Under the pieces are notes generated by a model. That model was not told where the DNA came from. It searched no databases and saw only the letters and a program-made list of their open reading frames with translations. A DNA stretch of 64,000 bases from a candidate division CPR3 bacterium 4484_211 (GTDB taxonomy: Bacteria > Patescibacteriota > 4484-211), in NCBI GenBank assembly GCA_002084955.1, contig MZGJ01000006.1:2027-66026 (forward strand), in the 5' to 3' direction. Position 1 is the stretch's first letter. The number at the start of each line of letters is the position of its first letter. Positions 57,794-64,000 of this stretch are shown here, piece by piece. A program made the position numbers and the translations under genes.

Positions 57794-58548
57794 TTTTCTT
57801 TCTGTTTAATTAGTTGCCTATATTTACAGAATTCACAATCAGGGCTTGGGGCGGGAATATCCTCGCTTTCAAGACATTTTTTAATTTTAATAATTGTTGG
57901 TTCCACCCAGGAATCGTCGCCTTCGTGGGATAAAATCATCAACTCAAACTCCAGGCGGCCGTCAAATTTTGGTCGGTTTCGACCGGCATTGGCAAAAACA
58001 AAGTAGCCGGTCTTGTTGACCTTAAAGCCTTTTTGCCTAAAGATCCACTGATAGATTTCCAATTGTTTTTTATATCCTTGTTTATATTCATCATCCAAAG
58101 AAATTTCTTGACTGGTACTGGTGGATTTATAATCAACAATCAGGAGTTCTCCTTTTTTATTTACCCAAACATCATCAATAATTCCGCAGATTTCTAAATT
58201 GGTTGGCCGGTGAAGCGTTGAAGCGCCTTTGAAACGATAATGGTCATCCCGCCACTCAGGCAGGTCCGGATGATTAAAAGGAATTGCGTCTATTCCGTAT
58301 TGGTTCATCAATTCGTGCTTTTCTCCATTTTGCCGTAGAAGATCAAACTCGTTTTTTAAAAGTTGATCCACGGCGGAGTTTAGGGCGAATCCCGGCATGC
58401 TCGGCCGCCCCAAACCCAGTCTTCGATCTAAATAAAAACACCGCGGACATTCCAAGAATAGATCAATCTTAGAGCGACTAAGCTTAAACGGCTGCTTGGA
58501 GTTGGGATTATATCGAGATTTTTCTTTTCTCTGCTGGTATTTGTTCAT
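57790..58548 (-). CDS. PD-(D/E)XK (RecB/AddB/Cas4-like) nuclease
   Basis: LSRSKI..ECPRCFY, GIIDD, IVDYKST, QLEIY, CEFC. Confidence 0.88.
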   Translation of the reverse strand: MNKYQQRKEKSRYNPNSKQPFKLSRSKIDLFLECPRCFYLDRRLGLGRPSMPGFALNSAVDQLLKNEFDLLRQNGEKHELMNQYGIDAIPFNHPDLPEWRDDHYRFKGASTLHRPTNLEICGIIDDVWVNKKGELLIVDYKSTSTSQEISLDDEYKQGYKKQLEIYQWIFRQKGFKVNKTGYFVFANAGRNRPKFDGRLEFELMILSHEGDDSWVEPTIIKIKKCLESEDIPAPSPDCEFCKYRQLIKQKEK

Positions 58549-59039
58549 TTCTTTATTTTACCACCCGCCTTCCAAAAACACAGCGCTATCTATAATCCCG
58601 AGACGCAGTGGAGATTTTACCTTAAGTGAAAATTTTACCTTAAAGGTACGAAGATTGACAAAATTAACAATTACGATAATATAGTATTAAAGCGTGTCCC
58701 AGGTCTGGGCGCCCGCTCTTTTTTATTATCAAATCTTCCTCAATAAATTCTTGTCAATTATTTTTATCAACTCTTTATTAGCGTTAGTAGCATTAGGGAC
58801 GGGGACAAAAATGATTGATAAATCAATAAAAAAGATTGGTATTTTTTAAATAATCTTAAACAACAAAGTTTAAAAACCAATAAAATAATTAAAAATAATA
58901 AGTAATAAAGGTAATAAGTAAAAAATCATAAAGAAATAAAAAATAGGCCAAAAATAAACTGATATATCAGTATTTTCTAGCCCCGTCCCTGAGTCCATCT
59001 TGATTTTTGAAAAATGTGCTTGTCGATAGCGACAATAAA

Positions 59040-61601
59040 TTAACCCCAACTGTCAATCATAGCAATGAGGACATTCTTGATATTTTGATTTTTTGTTCTA
59101 GACATAGCTTTTAATTCTCTCTTCTTGGGCATATTATCTAATTGATTCCAAATCCATTTATTTTTATTTAAAAAATTTATATATTGAATCTTTTCATCTT
59201 GACCTACCTTTTTTAATTTATTATATAAATCTTCAAATATTCTTTTTGCTGAAACGCTATCGGGAGATAACGATAATAAATCCTGACGATCAATAATTTG
59301 TCCAATATTTTCTATTAAGATATCTTTCTTCTGATCTAAAATAACTTTCCAAAACTCCCCATTTTGTTTCAAAATTTTATTGTTAGCGAAATTAATAATT
59401 TCTAATAAAAAATGAAAATCAGTTACACTTTTTAAAGCTTTAACAATCTGCCTTTGTAGATCCTCCATATCGAAAGGCAACTTATCTATATTGTTTTTAG
59501 CCCAATTCCATACATCTTGATTTCTTTCCTGTATGGATTGAAAAATGTTTTCTTTTAAATTTTCTAATGACGTAGGGCTGTATTTATTAAGTAATTGTAG
59601 TCTTTTTTCACTCAAGTCAGAATTATTAATATCTGCTGTAAAATCATTTATTAATTTTTTTGATATATCCTGGAAATTACTTGTAACTATTTTTAAATCC
59701 AATTTTGTGAATATATCGCTCATTTTGTGCAAAGCGTCAGATTTGTTCTCATCATAATATGCCACCAATCTATTAAATATTATTGTGGAAGCGAAAATTC
59801 CAAATTTATTGTCAAAATTTAAATTGTTGATATCTTCTAATGTTAAATTAAATTTATTTAAATATGACCGGGTTTGTTTAATCTTAAAATTGTCCAGCCA
59901 TTGCCAATAAGCGTAATAAAACTCAACCTTTTCATCAACTGGTTGACTCTTAATATAATTAAAGTCATATTTCTGTAACCCTTCTAGAAACTTACTTTGG
60001 GGCAAAGTATCTGCATCTATATCGATCAAAGCTTTGATTAATGTCAAAAAAATATTTTTCTTTTCACTCAAATCAGTTGCTTCATCATTAAGTTGATAAA
60101 ATGCATCCAATGCTTCATTTAATTTTTTTCCTCCACTCAATAATAAAGACTGCTTAACATCATCTGAATTACCCTTTTTAAGATACTGTTTAAAATCTTC
60201 TGGCAAAGGGCCTCTGGAATCTCCAAAACTAGCATCAGCGGCAAAATATAAAAATGTCTTTATTGACTTTACAGCGGGGCCGTATTGATTGTGAAATCTC
60301 GGTTTTTCAAATAAAAATTTCTTTATAAAAAGAAGCTGGGCAATGGATAATTTTTCCTTAAATTTTTCTAATATTTTATCAATGTTTTTATTGTCTTGCT
60401 TTTGAACAGCATATTCTAGATTTGATAAAATTTCACTATTTTTTAAAATTTCCTCAAATAAAGGATTACATAAATCCTGTATCATTAAACTACGAATAAC
60501 AAGTAGTGGATTATCCTTTAGTTCTTGTAAATATTCTTTTTCTTTTCCGTTATCATTATTACTAATTTGATTATCTACAACTTTAAAGCTAAATAAGACT
60601 GTATCCAGAAATCTAATTATATGCCTAAAATTCTTTTCAAAATATAAATTTAAATAGTTTTTAAAAATAATTAGATCACCTTCATTAAAAATTCTTCTAA
60701 ATTCTTTTCTCTTTCCTATTTCATTGTTAATAAAGATATCTATCTCAATTTTTAATGGCAGTGGCAGACGCCAATAGACATTAAATATTTTTTTAAGAAA
60801 TCTTCTTCCTTCATCAATTTGTTCCGCAACACTTGAATTCGGCAATAACTCTATACCGAGATACCTTTCTAATACAGAATGATCTCCAGTAACAACAAAG
60901 GATAATTTTTTATTATCAAAAAAAGTCCTTAAATTGTCTAACGTATCTTTAGCAATGCCGGGTGTTACGCGGTCTAAATCGTCGACAAAAATAACGACCC
61001 TTTTATCTTTTATATTTTGAAGAACTTCGTTTAATTTTTCTTCAAACCTATCTAGGGTGCTAATTGCTTTGCTATTTTTCTGGGTAGAAATAAGTTTTCC
61101 TACAATTGCTAAAATCACAGGTATAAGGATAAGAGTTAAAATCCATTTTATTTTAAGAAATTTATATAAAATTTCTTGTGGGAAGTAAAAATAAACTATT
61201 ATTATCCAAATTAATATAAGCAAGACAAACAATAACCATCCAGGATGAATTCTACTTTTCGATTCATCATAGTAAAACTCCTCAATGAAATTTTTGTTAT
61301 TTATCCAGTTTCTTATTCTTTTTAGTATATTCGGTTGATAATATACAGATAATGATTTTATAAAATATCTTAAAAAAGAGATTTTATCCGTTGCGAATTT
61401 CCACGGATTTATCCATATTGGATCCTCAAATTCCCTTTTTTTCAATTCTTTAGCCAGCTCTTTTAAGAATGTTGTTTTTCCCTCGCCCCACTTACCAGAA
61501 ATGCCAAAAATATAAGACTCACTCTCATCATCTTTATTATGATTATTGCTGATAATTTCAGCTACGTGTTTTATAAAATTTTGCCTATTTTTTAATTCCA
61601 T
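59040..61601 (-). CDS. KAP-family P-loop NTPase with two TM helices and a long C-terminal extension
   Basis: GISGKWGEGKTT, INPWKF, TM pair inside the domain, IFVDDLDRV, FLKKIF; visibly AT-rich. Confidence 0.88.
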   Translation of the reverse strand: MELKNRQNFIKHVAEIISNNHNKDDESESYIFGISGKWGEGKTTFLKELAKELKKREFEDPIWINPWKFATDKISFLRYFIKSLSVYYQPNILKRIRNWINNKNFIEEFYYDESKSRIHPGWLLFVLLILIWIIIVYFYFPQEILYKFLKIKWILTLILIPVILAIVGKLISTQKNSKAISTLDRFEEKLNEVLQNIKDKRVVIFVDDLDRVTPGIAKDTLDNLRTFFDNKKLSFVVTGDHSVLERYLGIELLPNSSVAEQIDEGRRFLKKIFNVYWRLPLPLKIEIDIFINNEIGKRKEFRRIFNEGDLIIFKNYLNLYFEKNFRHIIRFLDTVLFSFKVVDNQISNNDNGKEKEYLQELKDNPLLVIRSLMIQDLCNPLFEEILKNSEILSNLEYAVQKQDNKNIDKILEKFKEKLSIAQLLFIKKFLFEKPRFHNQYGPAVKSIKTFLYFAADASFGDSRGPLPEDFKQYLKKGNSDDVKQSLLLSGGKKLNEALDAFYQLNDEATDLSEKKNIFLTLIKALIDIDADTLPQSKFLEGLQKYDFNYIKSQPVDEKVEFYYAYWQWLDNFKIKQTRSYLNKFNLTLEDINNLNFDNKFGIFASTIIFNRLVAYYDENKSDALHKMSDIFTKLDLKIVTSNFQDISKKLINDFTADINNSDLSEKRLQLLNKYSPTSLENLKENIFQSIQERNQDVWNWAKNNIDKLPFDMEDLQRQIVKALKSVTDFHFLLEIINFANNKILKQNGEFWKVILDQKKDILIENIGQIIDRQDLLSLSPDSVSAKRIFEDLYNKLKKVGQDEKIQYINFLNKNKWIWNQLDNMPKKRELKAMSRTKNQNIKNVLIAMIDSWG

Positions 61602-61604
61602 AAT

Positions 61605-64000
61605 TTAATTATTATTCTCAACAATCTTAATTTCTTCCTTTGTCAAGCCATAAAGTTTATAAACCAACTGGTCAATTTGTTTTTCGTATTCGCGGACTTT
61701 GGCTTGTTTGGCAGGGTTTTCTAAATAATCATCGTCTTTGGTAATGGCGAGGATTTTATCAACGAGGTCAATAAATAGTTTTTGTTCGTCTTGTGAAATT
61801 TTAATGATTGGAAGCTGTTCTATATAGATTGAAAAGTGTCTAATACCCCTTACTCCAAGCTGAGATGAAATCATCTTATAATACAAATTTATAAGAGAAG
61901 AATTGAGGATTGCGCATAAATACTTAACAGCATTCCCGGTTAAAAAATATGCGGTATTTGCAAGATAGTAACCATCTATGTCTAGAGAAAAAGTAAGGCG
62001 TTGTGCTATGTCGGTATAAACAATTTTTTCTTTTTCAAATTCTTGATGGTATGCAATATTATCTTGAGTTTCAAACCATTTATTACCTGTTTTTTTTCTA
62101 GCACCTTTTTTGCCGCTTTGTTCTAATCTTTGTTTTCCAAACGATAATAAGTAATTTTTCACTGCCGGATATTGATCTATATCAATATGTAAACTTGGAA
62201 AAGTAGCAATCAACCACAACCCAGCCCAGCGGTAGTAGTAGCGGCCAATGTCTCTGCCGCGAAGTATCGGTTTTAGAATTTCTTTGGATTTTGGATCTTC
62301 TCGGCACAAGTGCTCTTTGGTTGGCGTATCAATAATGAATGCTTTGTTAAAGCCGGTTTTAATTCCATAATTTATTTTTACAGCCCAATCTTTTAACGGC
62401 GTACCTGCCCGTTCAATTTTCTGTTTAATCTTTAGGGTTTTCTCATCCACCAAAGACCAGCCGCTATCATTAAGATGCTTAGAATTAATGTATTGCTGGT
62501 GTTCTGCTAAATAAGTAGAAAGATTTTCGCCGGTAAAATCGGGTTCTATATCTACAAACGGAACTTGATAACTTCCCACTGGAATATCCTTTTGTAAAAT
62601 AATCACATTAGTATCAACGGTGGCTTCAAAAACTTTATGTCCGTTGAAGTCAATGAGCTGAAGGATTTTTGTCTTTTCTTTGAAAAAACGTCTTAATTTT
62701 TCCCCATATTTTGCCCGCAACCACTTGTTGCTGGAGATAAATGCGAGAGTTCCTTTGTTTTCCAACAAATTGTAGCTTTTTTCATAAAAATATGTATAAA
62801 GGTCAGAAGTGGAGTTGTACACTTCATATTTTTGCAAAGGCGGTTTTTGATCTTTGATTTTCTCCTGCCTCACATACGGCGGGTTGGCGATGACTACATC
62901 AAACCCGCCCTTTTCATCAAAAACCTCATTGAAATTTAAGTGCCATTCAAAGTGGTCTTCTGGAGAAGTGTCTTTAATTTTTTCCAACTCTTGGACTTTT
63001 TTCTTTAGTTTTTTGACCTCTTTTGTTTCAATCTCTCCAAGAGTCAGGTTTTCAGGGCCTAAAGAAAATAAGCTTTTTTGAGCCTTTAAGTTAGCAAGCA
63101 AGTTCTTGCTTTGTTTAAGTTCTTTAGCTTTATCGTAATTAGCAATAAAAACTATTAACTTATTAATTTGATCTCTTAAGTTTTGCTTTCTTTTTCTATT
63201 AGTCGCTTCAAAATACTGATTTTTTAAATCGTTCAGTTTATCTATCAATTTATTTTTCTCTTGATCTGTCCCTTTTCTAACTAAATCAGGAGATAATAGT
63301 TCAATTAAACTATTGCCCTGCATAATTTTGTAATCAAGATTGGGAAGAGGTTTAATTCTTTTAATATCTTGTTCATCAACAATAAGTGAAAGCCAAAGCC
63401 TTAGTTTGGCAATTTCTACTGCTCCCAAATCAATGTCAACACCATAAAGAGATTTTTGAATGCAGTCTCTTTTTAGATCATAGAGAGAAACGTTCTTATT
63501 GAGAACAAAAGCCAGTCTTTTTCTTGCATTAACTATTTCATTTAGCATTCCTACTAAAAAAGCTCCGGATCCACAAGCCGGATCACATACAAAAATACTT
63601 TCTAGGGTATCATCTAATTCCTTTGCCTCTTTTTTCCGTAGATTCAAAATCGAACCATCAACAATATGGTTCTTTCTTCCTCCTTTCTTTCTAAATTTTC
63701 GATAATCTCTTTTTGTGATTGGCTTGGGATTAATCAAGGCATTAATCTTCTTTTTATCTAAGCAAGTTTGACTAATTAAGTAGTTGATTAGGCTTTGCTG
63801 GCACATATAGTGGACAATTTCTCTTGGCGTGTAGTAGGTGCCCTTTGATTTTCTATCCTTTACTTCCAGCAGGTTTTCAAACACTTTCCCCAACATTTCC
63901 GGGTCAACAGCAACCTCTTTATCAAGAGGTTCATCTTCTTTGACGGTGAAGTTATAGCGGTCAAAAACATCCAGTATTCCGGTTCCAGTATCTCCTTCTT
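61605..64000 (-). CDS. Type IIG (Eco57I/TaqI-like) restriction-modification enzyme, 5' end outside the window
   Basis: YNFTVKED..VAVDPEMLGKVFE, GTYYTP, DPACGSGAFL, NPPY, TaqI-C-like target recognition domain. Confidence 0.92.
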   Translation of the reverse strand, partial: EGDTGTGILDVFDRYNFTVKEDEPLDKEVAVDPEMLGKVFENLLEVKDRKSKGTYYTPREIVHYMCQQSLINYLISQTCLDKKKINALINPKPITKRDYRKFRKKGGRKNHIVDGSILNLRKKEAKELDDTLESIFVCDPACGSGAFLVGMLNEIVNARKRLAFVLNKNVSLYDLKRDCIQKSLYGVDIDLGAVEIAKLRLWLSLIVDEQDIKRIKPLPNLDYKIMQGNSLIELLSPDLVRKGTDQEKNKLIDKLNDLKNQYFEATNRKRKQNLRDQINKLIVFIANYDKAKELKQSKNLLANLKAQKSLFSLGPENLTLGEIETKEVKKLKKKVQELEKIKDTSPEDHFEWHLNFNEVFDEKGGFDVVIANPPYVRQEKIKDQKPPLQKYEVYNSTSDLYTYFYEKSYNLLENKGTLAFISSNKWLRAKYGEKLRRFFKEKTKILQLIDFNGHKVFEATVDTNVIILQKDIPVGSYQVPFVDIEPDFTGENLSTYLAEHQQYINSKHLNDSGWSLVDEKTLKIKQKIERAGTPLKDWAVKINYGIKTGFNKAFIIDTPTKEHLCREDPKSKEILKPILRGRDIGRYYYRWAGLWLIATFPSLHIDIDQYPAVKNYLLSFGKQRLEQSGKKGARKKTGNKWFETQDNIAYHQEFEKEKIVYTDIAQRLTFSLDIDGYYLANTAYFLTGNAVKYLCAILNSSLINLYYKMISSQLGVRGIRHFSIYIEQLPIIKISQDEQKLFIDLVDKILAITKDDDYLENPAKQAKVREYEKQIDQLVYKLYGLTKEEIKIVENNN

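Overview
Ordinary bacterial chromosome segment in genetic code 11 (TGA is used as stop). The gene set and compact proteins suggest Patescibacteria/CPR, Microgenomates- or WWE3-like; this is inference. Housekeeping genes include serS, trxB, trxA, gap, pcrA, rsmA, secF, pgk, tpiA, recF, holA, rpsT, murJ, lepA, proS, smpB, ssrA, gdhA and rmuC, plus two tRNAs. Accessory blocks are an AhpD + minimal SufC/SufB(D) unit, a glycosyltransferase cluster, and an AT-rich defence-like end (SWIM protein, PD-(D/E)XK nuclease, KAP NTPase, type IIG restriction-modification gene). The most striking signal is non-coding. The 20-bp palindrome ATGATAGACTAGTCTATCAT occurs 12 times (7 exact, 5 with 1-2 mismatches), and 10 copies form five pairs with a fixed 75-76 bp period. 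Two pairs bracket a TrpR/YerC-like gene, and one of them encloses its sigma70 promoter. Intergenic DNA is also a mosaic of a hairpin-cored MITE, an IS608-like non-autonomous element (filled and empty TTAC sites both visible) and 7-bp-period repeats. Other observations: a ghost tRNA-Gln split at the anticodon, many apparently leaderless promoters, and an internally deleted proS. All calls come from reading motifs by eye; no database searches were run.
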